Made by a program: the position numbers and the translations under genes. A model generated the notes under the pieces. The model made no database searches. It was not told the DNA's origin and saw only the letters and a program-made list of their open reading frames with translations. DNA of 62,660 bases, from assembly GCA_044356455.1 (NCBI GenBank), contig JBIKWF010000011.1, forward strand, positions 1 to 62,660. Reading direction: 5' to 3'. This document shows, in pieces, positions 28,723 to 37,054 of the stretch; the first letter of the stretch is position 1, and the number at the start of each line of letters is the position of its first letter. This DNA comes from Bdellovibrionota bacterium. Lineage in GTDB: Bacteria > Bdellovibrionota_C > UBA2361 > JBGSMV01.

Positions 28723-29822
28723 CGTCACCAGATGGTCACGACCCATTGGGGCATGAGATTCTTGCCCAAAGGCTTGCCTCGATTCCAGGCGTGGCGGAAG
28801 AATATCTTAACGCGCTCCTTGCTCAAAACGCGTGGGAAGAGAAGGGTGACCTTGCGGGAGTTCGGGAGATTACCATCTCAGGCACGGGAAGCTCGCTCGC
28901 GCATGCACAGTATCTTGCATGGCTCCTTGCAACGGTGCCGCAACTTAAGGTGCGGGTAGAGTCATTTGACGCCTTCTACTCTGGCACTTTTGTTGTTCCT
29001 AATAGCAAGAGAGAAAGTCTGCTTGTCGTCATTAGCCAAGGCTTATCTCCGAACGCGCAAATAGTGCTTCAGAATCGCGGCAATTTTGGCAGGACTGCGC
29101 TCTTAACTTCAGTCACGCCAGCGGGCGCGCGCAGAACTGGGAAGGCTGAGCGAGCTCAGCTTGTTGAAGCCATTTCATCCGAAGGTGGATTGGTAGAGCG
29201 GTTCCCGCTGGAGGATGAATATGAGGTGCTTGTTCGGATCGTAGGGCCACTGCTGGGGTATCTTGCTGCGGCCCAATTTGCGAAACGCCTAGGAGCGTCG
29301 GTATCAACACCTGACCCAGCCACCATTCGGAAGGCACTTGAGAGTGCACTTGACGTAAGCTCGTGTGAGAAGGGCGATTGGACCTATGCAAGCCTTTCGC
29401 GTGGCTCGGTAGTGCTGGCGCCTGCCCCCCTGTGCTCATTTAGCTCTAATCTAACAACCAAATTTGTAGAGGGGCTCTTTGTTCCCGCTCCCTTGTTATG
29501 CGAAGGCCTCGCGTTTGCTCACGGTGGATTCCAGTTTGCCGTAAGTGCTCAAGCTCCAGTGATTATGCTAGGGGTAAAAAAGAGCGAATTCCCAGCGCAG
29601 TATGCGCTTCTAAAATATGCGTCGGAAATGTGCCTTTCGGCAGGTGTCCGCTCATTGCTTCTGCCGAGTTCGCTTCCTATCCCTTTTGCCATTCTTGAAT
29701 ACGAAATGAGGCTGAATGCAATCATTGTGCAACTGATGAGAGAGCAGGGTATTCCCCAACGCAACTGGCCAGGTAAAGGCCTAGATAGGGCGCTCTACGC
29801 AATCAGTAAGCCCCTAGCTTAA
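28719..29822 (+). CDS. SIS-domain (GlmS/FrlB/AgaS-like) protein
   Basis: ISGTGSS, ISQGLSPN, KFVE..FAHG; ATGA overlap with the upstream stop. Confidence 0.75.
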   Translation: MTSPDGHDPLGHEILAQRLASIPGVAEEYLNALLAQNAWEEKGDLAGVREITISGTGSSLAHAQYLAWLLATVPQLKVRVESFDAFYSGTFVVPNSKRESLLVVISQGLSPNAQIVLQNRGNFGRTALLTSVTPAGARRTGKAERAQLVEAISSEGGLVERFPLEDEYEVLVRIVGPLLGYLAAAQFAKRLGASVSTPDPATIRKALESALDVSSCEKGDWTYASLSRGSVVLAPAPLCSFSSNLTTKFVEGLFVPAPLLCEGLAFAHGGFQFAVSAQAPVIMLGVKKSEFPAQYALLKYASEMCLSAGVRSLLLPSSLPIPFAILEYEMRLNAIIVQLMREQGIPQRNWPGKGLDRALYAISKPLA

Positions 29823-30072
29823 AGCATCTTCCGCCCCCGGGCTTCTTGGGCCTTGGTGCCACCCACCATGTCCAGACCATCAACGTGACAAGCCATCTCA
29901 TACGAAGACATCATCTCATGTCGCTCCGTAGTGACCGATAGATTAGGTCACCTAGCCACCTGGGACTCGAAATTTTAAGAAGATCGTGCAGAAAGTTGTC
30001 CTATCTGCTGGGAAACTAGCCTGACGCACGCGAGGGCACCGAAGCTCTCAAAGAAGCTAAAATGCAAGAGCT

Positions 30073-31068
30073 CTATTGAAGTGGGACTGTATTTGCAGTG
30101 GGAGGCATGGGTGGCCTAAAAGTCCCGGGGGGCCACTGGGCAGAGTAATCCCCCCGCTTCCAGCGCTGGTAGCACTGCTCGCAGAGGTCCTCTATCTCTC
30201 GCTTAGCCTTAATGATTACCAAGCGCAGCTCTTTATCCCCGCAGATGACAAAGACCTTTCGTGAGCGGGTTTTCGGAATATGCGGCTGCATGAGGGGCTG
30301 CAAGAGCAGCTTCTCTTGCCCCATCACCCTACCGCCCTTCTCTAGCCTCTCTGCCCTCATGAATTTCTCGACGCTTTCCACCTCCTGCATGATCTCAGCA
30401 TTGAGAGCTGCAATTTCCTCAGGCTCGGTGACTCCAAAGACGGCTGCCCATAGGTTGGGAAAGAAGTTTACCCTGTGGTGCCTCTGGCTCCTCTTGAGCA
30501 TCTTGGTAAGAAGCGCACGCTCCTGCCTAATCGTGAGGTCATTCACGGGAGACTTTGGGACCGCAGATTGACGGATGAAGGGAACTCTTTCAGAGACGCG
30601 AAGCAGGGGCGAGTTCTTCTTGGAGCAGAACCCCTTAAAGGAAGAGTAGCCAGGGTACTTACTGACCGAATCCACCAGGTTAGCCCTCACGGGGTTAAGG
30701 TAGAAGTACACCTTTCGCGCCATGGCACTCTTGAGGTCTGGGACGAGAGCTACGTTAGGCCTCCCTTCCCAAAGTGAGAGCCGGTCAAGCCCATGAAGAC
30801 GCTTGAGGTACTCTGAAAGGTTCTTTTGTACCTCTGCGTAAAAGTCAGACGCCTGCTTGGCATCCCAGGCTATCACCAAAAGATGGGCATGGTTACCCAT
30901 CCACACGAAATCAACGAGGGTAACCTTTTGATCTCGCTGAGAGCGGGCGAGCGCGCTTTTGATGAGGGTCTCAATGATGGGGCGAGGAGGCAGAGGAAGC
31001 CCTTCGGTGGCCCTAAACGTTACCTCATAGAGGTTCCCTGACTCGAAATAGCGGCGACCTCGCGGCAT
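30073..31068 (-). CDS. REP-associated tyrosine transposase-like (Y1_Tnp/HUH) protein
   Basis: MPR start, YEVTFR, FVWMGNHAHLL (HUH), YFYLNPVRANLV..Y..YSS. Confidence 0.85.
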   Translation of the reverse strand: MPRGRRYFESGNLYEVTFRATEGLPLPPRPIIETLIKSALARSQRDQKVTLVDFVWMGNHAHLLVIAWDAKQASDFYAEVQKNLSEYLKRLHGLDRLSLWEGRPNVALVPDLKSAMARKVYFYLNPVRANLVDSVSKYPGYSSFKGFCSKKNSPLLRVSERVPFIRQSAVPKSPVNDLTIRQERALLTKMLKRSQRHHRVNFFPNLWAAVFGVTEPEEIAALNAEIMQEVESVEKFMRAERLEKGGRVMGQEKLLLQPLMQPHIPKTRSRKVFVICGDKELRLVIIKAKREIEDLCEQCYQRWKRGDYSAQWPPGTFRPPMPPTANTVPLQ

Positions 31069-31185
31069 GTAGCACCAGCAGCCTAGATAAAAAGACTGCT
31101 GGAGTAATCGAAATTTCGGGAGGAAAGTTTCCTGTGCGAGCAAAAAAGTGGGTGGCACCAGGGCCAGGGGCCAGGTTAGGGGGGA

Positions 31186-33111
31186 TTAGGAGGTTACTGA
31201 TTTTCTTACTCGCTCGGTAAGATTCTGGGTCTGCGCCAGCAAAAGGACATCTCTCGTATCCACGCCTATCGAATCGTAGATGGACTTTTGGCCTTCCTCT
31301 GACAGGAGTTCTTTCAGAAGCGCTTCGAGCGGACTTGCTCGCATAAGTGTAAGACAGCCCAGGTAACGCTTTGAGCTATCTAACACTTGGGCCTCTTCGG
31401 GAAAGTCCTTGGGCTTTTGATTTACGCCTTCGATTAAATCAATCTTTTTTTCGATACCCGCAGCCTCGTATGGCTGGGTACCCTCGGCGGCTTCCTCTCT
31501 GAACCAGCGCTTAAGTTCGAGATACGCGGTGAATAAAAGATGGGCCGAGCAGAGCATCCTTGCCGCTTCCTGAGGGGGTAATTTCTCCAAGATGAATGCA
31601 AGAATCCTTGGGTCAAGCTCGGCAAGAATTTTAATCATGGGGCTGGCGTAGAGCGCGTGAGTAAGAGAGGAGTCAACTAGTAAGAATCCAAGAAGTTGCT
31701 GCGTCGTGTCTTTGCTCGCGGTCAGTAGGAATGGGCGCGACATTTCGACTGGCATTAAAGTGAAAAACCTAGCGCAGTTTCGATTTGTGGCAAAGTCGTG
31801 GGTGAGAGCCACGAAATGCTCCAAGACTTCACTGGTATGTTCAGCGGTCGCTTCATCCTCTCTCTCTGCCGCACTATCAGAAATTTCAGAGAGTCGCGAA
31901 GCAACTTGAGCGAGTAGTTGGGGAGCTTCTCGCGCTGATAAAAGTGCATCAAAATAGCGTCTGCGATCGTCCTCTGAGCTTCTCAAAGGTTGTAGTACTG
32001 CTTCCACCTGGGAGACAAAAACTAGGTCGTCGCTTGACGCAAAAGCGCGGCTGAGCTCTCCCAAGGCAGGGGATGTGCTGGCTTCTGCTCGAGCAATCTT
32101 AAGTTCTTCGTCTTTGTTTCTAAGGCTTAAGGCAAGTCTTTCAGTTGCAGCCTTTTGCCGCTCTAGTTCCTCAAGGGCGCCTTTAGCTTTAAGGTGCAAG
32201 AGACGGTTAGCGGCGCTCGCAGACGCTTCTCCCTGGAGCGCGAGATCAAGATCTTGGAGAGCAGCCTCAAGGCGCTTCTCTATTTGAGCCTTATCTTGCT
32301 GCCGCGCCTGTGTATCTCTCTGCGCTGCGTTTAGCAATCCAGTGATTCTTAGGATCTCACGAGCTTGCGCCTCATTCAGTGAGCGGGCCTTTCCTAATTC
32401 AGTTTCGCTCTCCTTTATCTTTTCAGCTAAGGCTTTGGCTTCTTCGACTCGAGCGCTGAGACTAGTTCTAAGCTCGTCTTTTTCGTTATCTCTTTGTCCC
32501 TTCTTGCTCGTTTGCTCCCTCTGATATTCTAATAGACGCGCGCGAATCTGAGAGAGTTTTTCGAAGCATTCTTTGGCGCTAAGAACCGAGAAATCAGGGC
32601 GCTTACCACCAACTCCAAGATCAGCAGCAAGAGTGAAAATAACTTTCGTGTGATCCCGAAGGGCGGAAAGAATGCGCGTCGCCTCTTGTTCGGCTCTCAG
32701 CGGTAGTGCTCGATGTTCCTCTGCAAGTCGCTGAGCTGCCGAAATTAATTCTGCGCCGCTAAGCCCACTGGAAAGACCTACGAGCCCGAGCGCGATGCCG
32801 CGATCCCGGTTTTGATTCGCCTTCTCGGTAACTGCGGCATACGCGTCCGCACGCTGAGCCTCAAGAGTGGATGAGAGAGCACTTATGGTTGCTGTGAGAG
32901 AGTCAATTTTGCTTCCTTGGCCTGAGATAATGCTGCGTGCGTGCTCCAAGTCGCGCGTGAGCTGCTCGACTTTTGCGTAGAGCGCTTCAGGCGCCTGTGG
33001 AAAACGAATCGCTGAACCTGAAGGTGAGCTACCCGCTGGACTGGGTGCCCCTGAGTTTTCTCCTGGGAGGTTGGCTGAGTGAGGCGATTGGGGTAGAGGT
33101 TCGGTTCCCAT
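31186..33111 (-). CDS. Hypothetical large coiled-coil protein
   Basis: 641-aa ORF with long heptad-rich region; MgtE-N/FliG-like helical repeats (ILAELDP..ILEKLPPQEAARML). Confidence 0.7.
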   Translation of the reverse strand: MGTEPLPQSPHSANLPGENSGAPSPAGSSPSGSAIRFPQAPEALYAKVEQLTRDLEHARSIISGQGSKIDSLTATISALSSTLEAQRADAYAAVTEKANQNRDRGIALGLVGLSSGLSGAELISAAQRLAEEHRALPLRAEQEATRILSALRDHTKVIFTLAADLGVGGKRPDFSVLSAKECFEKLSQIRARLLEYQREQTSKKGQRDNEKDELRTSLSARVEEAKALAEKIKESETELGKARSLNEAQAREILRITGLLNAAQRDTQARQQDKAQIEKRLEAALQDLDLALQGEASASAANRLLHLKAKGALEELERQKAATERLALSLRNKDEELKIARAEASTSPALGELSRAFASSDDLVFVSQVEAVLQPLRSSEDDRRRYFDALLSAREAPQLLAQVASRLSEISDSAAEREDEATAEHTSEVLEHFVALTHDFATNRNCARFFTLMPVEMSRPFLLTASKDTTQQLLGFLLVDSSLTHALYASPMIKILAELDPRILAFILEKLPPQEAARMLCSAHLLFTAYLELKRWFREEAAEGTQPYEAAGIEKKIDLIEGVNQKPKDFPEEAQVLDSSKRYLGCLTLMRASPLEALLKELLSEEGQKSIYDSIGVDTRDVLLLAQTQNLTERVRKSVTS

Positions 33112-33238
33112 GGAGGTGTGACTATACAGGATTCTCTGGCGCTAACATAATCCTAACATTGCAGTATTCACTCAGTTTGGGACTTCTAGGGCGCTCTTTG
33201 GGTCCATCTACCCGATTGGCAGTGATCCCATAGGGACC

Positions 33239-35563
33239 TCAAAAAAGAGTGTGAATCTTTGAAATTTTGCTCTTTGGCAACTGTGCGGGGTTACCATCGT
33301 CTGGGTGGAACCCGCCATCAATCTCATATACGAGGTTTGGATTGCCCGGATTTCTGACCCAACTCGTTATAATCCGCAGCTTTGCATCAACACGCTGCAC
33401 GGTCATTACGGCATCCGGGTCTATGCCGCCAATCGCGACGATCTCTTGCTGCCTGCCAAATTTATACGAAAAGGTAGGGTCGATAAATTTAAAGCGTCGT
33501 ACGTCTAAGTCTTTCTTGGCCTGGTAGGCGCCAACTATCAGCCTATCCCCGAGTCTATCCTGCGCAGCGAGGACCTCTTTCTTGTCGTACCCAAGGAGGC
33601 CTAGGCCGCGGGCAAATGATGCCGCGATGCTCCACCTTCTTGAAGTTGAAAGTCCATAACTTGTGTCATAGCCCGGGCCAGACCCGACGTGGTCTGCAGC
33701 CGCTTGTCCAAGCTTCCCGCCGATTAAATCATTATTGTAGCGCAGAAATTCTCTCTGAACTGCCGTGGTCAGCCGAGAATGAGATTGCCGAGCCTGAGAG
33801 GCAAGATTATTACACAAAGTAAGCCAGCCCAGCCGAGTAAAAGTGCTTAGTACCTCAGAGGGCTTAAGCGGGCCATCCTCAGAGCTCAGCCCACGCCAGA
33901 TCAGATTGCTTCGGTAGAAGCGGCCCATTTTGTACTTCCAGCGCTCCGCATCTTGGGACGTAATAAGCCCAAACATGCGGGTAGCATCGTGATCAATCAG
34001 TGCGATTTCTACGAGCTCCAGGCCACGTCCGGGAATATGGCAGTAAGCTTTGTTTGCCTTTACTAAAAGCTTGAAATCGTCCCGAAGGGCCTCGAGACTA
34101 GGGAGCGGCTCTTTTTTGAATTTTCGGTAGAGCTCATCATCTCGGCTGAATCTGATATCGAGATAGGCGCCAAATTCCGCTCCGTCAATGCGGTACATGG
34201 AGACATTTTTGGTGGTCTTTTTCTTGCCGCGATAACGCAGTTCAAGCATCACCTCGCGACTCATACTGGGAAATAGAAATTCGGGGGAGTCCTCGAGCCT
34301 AAGTCCTAATTGCAGGCGAGTGGTGATGTCGCGATAGAGCGCGTCGGTGCTCAATATTCCGCGCTCCACGTCTCTCACCCAATCACTTGGAGCCTTGAGG
34401 ATGTCTGCGTCGGGGTCGGTTAGTCTGGGCCGTGAGATGCCTACTTCATCAAGAGGGGCATAGAGGCTCTCATAGCGAACCGTCCGGCCATTTCCGTCGC
34501 CGAGGGGATGAATCGAGATTACATCCCTGTAATGCAGAGCAACCGCCTTGATGTAGCCAAGGACTTCCTCGGGAGTTTTTAGCTCTTTTAAACTGCCGCG
34601 CACCAACGCGAATGCGGCATAGCGTTCATTTAGTAGGGCCTCGATAATCGCTTTCGTCAGAGTCTGAAATTCTGCGGTCTGCCAGTCTCGTGCGTTGAGT
34701 CTCTCCTCAGGATTTTTTTCGCAGAATGCAAGGTAATCGGCATAAACCTTAGGCGAATGTGCCTCAAGTCGGCTTGCTGCCTCCGGCTTTAGATAAGCCG
34801 CGTCAGGATAAAGAATGTTTCCCCTAACACGTTCGTCCTTTGAGGTGGGAAGAGCATGCGGGTCAAGGGGCTCAAATCCTAGGTAGGGATTTTTGGCCAG
34901 GCGTCTTATTTGATTTCTATCGAGGCCTCGCTCCGTTTCAGACCCCACCACCGCATGACAGCGGATTTGGCCGATTGCGCGGCGCTTAATCCCATCAATG
35001 CTTCCTCTCATGGCAATCCGGTGCACCTCAAGGAGGCGCTCAAGGCATGGGGGAGAGACCGTGGCTTTTAAAAAGCCATTAACCCTATCCATATTCTTGA
35101 AAGCCGCAGCGTTGCCGCCCTCAGAGTCGTATAGGGTATGAAGGCGCTTATCTAGCAGAGATACTCTGCCGTTGCTCCTAAAAGCAGACATGACTTGCGG
35201 AGCTACATGGGCGAAGTCGATGAAGCGAGAGGAAGCGAGGAGGTGTTTTAAGTCCTCGCGTTTTTCTGGGGTAAGCGTTTTCAGCGCCAGTTCAAAGGCC
35301 GCTTTATCCTCGGCATATTTCGCGATTCGTTCTTCTCCGTTTTCCGCCTTAGATTTGGCGTATTCAATTATCGCACGGTCAGCAGAAGGTATGGCCTCGG
35401 TGAGTTCGCCTAGGCTGTCAGTAGTGCTATCTGCCTTGGCAGTGCTCTCGGCAATAGGCGCTCTTTTTGCGGGGAGGCGGGGTTTTGAGGGGCTTGGCAT
35501 ATCGCGTTCCGGTACAACTACTATCGGATCAAAAAAAAGCGTGTCCGCCGATACCTCCCTCAT
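33239..35563 (-). CDS. Fic-domain protein with a C-terminal ADP-ribosyltransferase-like domain
   Basis: HPLGDGNGRTVR Fic motif; C-terminal IWRG...LSTS...QQEIVAIGGI (R-S-E pattern). Start at 35563 or 35500. Confidence 0.8.
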   Translation of the reverse strand: MREVSADTLFFDPIVVVPERDMPSPSKPRLPAKRAPIAESTAKADSTTDSLGELTEAIPSADRAIIEYAKSKAENGEERIAKYAEDKAAFELALKTLTPEKREDLKHLLASSRFIDFAHVAPQVMSAFRSNGRVSLLDKRLHTLYDSEGGNAAAFKNMDRVNGFLKATVSPPCLERLLEVHRIAMRGSIDGIKRRAIGQIRCHAVVGSETERGLDRNQIRRLAKNPYLGFEPLDPHALPTSKDERVRGNILYPDAAYLKPEAASRLEAHSPKVYADYLAFCEKNPEERLNARDWQTAEFQTLTKAIIEALLNERYAAFALVRGSLKELKTPEEVLGYIKAVALHYRDVISIHPLGDGNGRTVRYESLYAPLDEVGISRPRLTDPDADILKAPSDWVRDVERGILSTDALYRDITTRLQLGLRLEDSPEFLFPSMSREVMLELRYRGKKKTTKNVSMYRIDGAEFGAYLDIRFSRDDELYRKFKKEPLPSLEALRDDFKLLVKANKAYCHIPGRGLELVEIALIDHDATRMFGLITSQDAERWKYKMGRFYRSNLIWRGLSSEDGPLKPSEVLSTFTRLGWLTLCNNLASQARQSHSRLTTAVQREFLRYNNDLIGGKLGQAAADHVGSGPGYDTSYGLSTSRRWSIAASFARGLGLLGYDKKEVLAAQDRLGDRLIVGAYQAKKDLDVRRFKFIDPTFSYKFGRQQEIVAIGGIDPDAVMTVQRVDAKLRIITSWVRNPGNPNLVYEIDGGFHPDDGNPAQLPKSKISKIHTLF

Positions 35564-35911
35564 AATAAGGGTAGACTCTCGGGCAAAAACTAACCCCCCT
35601 GCGGCCTCTGTCAGAGGCGCACGATAGTACCCAACGTTGAGGGGCTAAGCCAAGGGCCGCTGGCCTTAATTAACCTTGGCCTGAGCCCAAAGGATCTCAG
35701 ATGGGCAGGGGAGGATTTGAGACTGTTTGGCGGCAGCAGACCTATCTGCTTGATAGAAATGATAATCGGGCGTTGCTCCTAGGTTCTCTGACATGGAATG
35801 GATACGGCGCCAGAATCCTGATATAGCAGCGTGCACTCAGAGAATCTCTTAAAATGTCCCCTTGGTGGACCGCCTGGCTTACAACAGTAGTAACTAGAAA
35901 ACTCTCGCCAC

Positions 35912-37054
35912 ATGCATTCCATTCATACGGCCAGTACCTCCTCTCTTCGCCTCTCGTCTTTAGGAAGTGATTCCCTTGTTGGAGAGCCGCACCCGCATCA
36001 TGACTTCTTCTGTGAGGGAAGTTTCTCGCATGTAGGCAGGGTGGGCGTGCAGCTCTCTCTTGGTGCGCTCTCAGTACCTGGTAGTGCTGAGCGTGCCAAT
36101 GAGGATAGTTTTGCTATTTCTCAGGGTGGGTCTCTAGTAAGGCTCTCCGTTCAAGATGGCACAACCTATCTTGGCCCTAAGATTCCGAACCTTAGACAGA
36201 CTCCCGGATACGAAGCCGCACAATTTCTTCGTCAATCCGTGCTCTCGGAGACGACCGCGCTAGCCCCACGCGAACTGATGCTACGGTACAATGCTGGATT
36301 GCTCGCGCACGCGCGAAAGCTTTTAGGGACTTTGGAGCCCATGACCTCTTCAAGCCTGGCTTCCACCATGTCGCTCGTGGAATTAGATCTCGCAGAGGAG
36401 CAATTTCGCTTTGCGCATGTCTCAGATACCTTCATCGTGGTGAGAATGAGAGATGGTTCGACATCCTTAATTACCACCGACACAAATGCCCCCTTTGACG
36501 AAGAAGTTTTCGCTCTTATGAGGAGTTTAAGTGATTCCACGGGTCAATCCCCTCGTGAGCTGCGTCATCACCCTGTAGTGGTAGAAAGGCTTTCCCAGAT
36601 ATCTCGCACCAAGAATAATCGCCCCGACGGACGTGGTACGGGGCTGCTCAATGGAGACTCGCAACTAGAGTCTTATATCCAGTGGGGAGCTCTCCCTCTC
36701 CATGATATAGAGGAAATAGTCATAGGTACCGATGGAAGTCTTCCGCTTGGCTGGTCGCTTGCGGAATCACGATATCGTGAGCTTGTATTTGAGGAGTTAT
36801 CCGGCAGGGCCGGAGAGCTTGCGGGGAAACTTCAAGCGCTAGTAGCAAAGAAGCGAGAGTCAGAGGCGGCAGACCCAGATTGGCGTCGCTGCATTCGCTG
36901 GAAGCCCTCCGATGATGGGACCCTTGTGTATTGTAAGATTTCTAGAACGAGAAATGTTTCCAATTTGAATGCGGGCACTCTTGGTACTAAAGGTCCTTGG
37001 CCAACGCTTCCTGATGCTGGTCTTTCGGGGGAGTCTTTGAGTGGAGAGAGGTAA
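35912..37054 (+). CDS. PP2C-like (PP2C_2-type) phosphatase
   Basis: NEDS, QDG, HVSDT, IGTDG and SDDGT motifs in PP2C order. Confidence 0.7.
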   Translation: MHSIHTASTSSLRLSSLGSDSLVGEPHPHHDFFCEGSFSHVGRVGVQLSLGALSVPGSAERANEDSFAISQGGSLVRLSVQDGTTYLGPKIPNLRQTPGYEAAQFLRQSVLSETTALAPRELMLRYNAGLLAHARKLLGTLEPMTSSSLASTMSLVELDLAEEQFRFAHVSDTFIVVRMRDGSTSLITTDTNAPFDEEVFALMRSLSDSTGQSPRELRHHPVVVERLSQISRTKNNRPDGRGTGLLNGDSQLESYIQWGALPLHDIEEIVIGTDGSLPLGWSLAESRYRELVFEELSGRAGELAGKLQALVAKKRESEAADPDWRRCIRWKPSDDGTLVYCKISRTRNVSNLNAGTLGTKGPWPTLPDAGLSGESLSGER

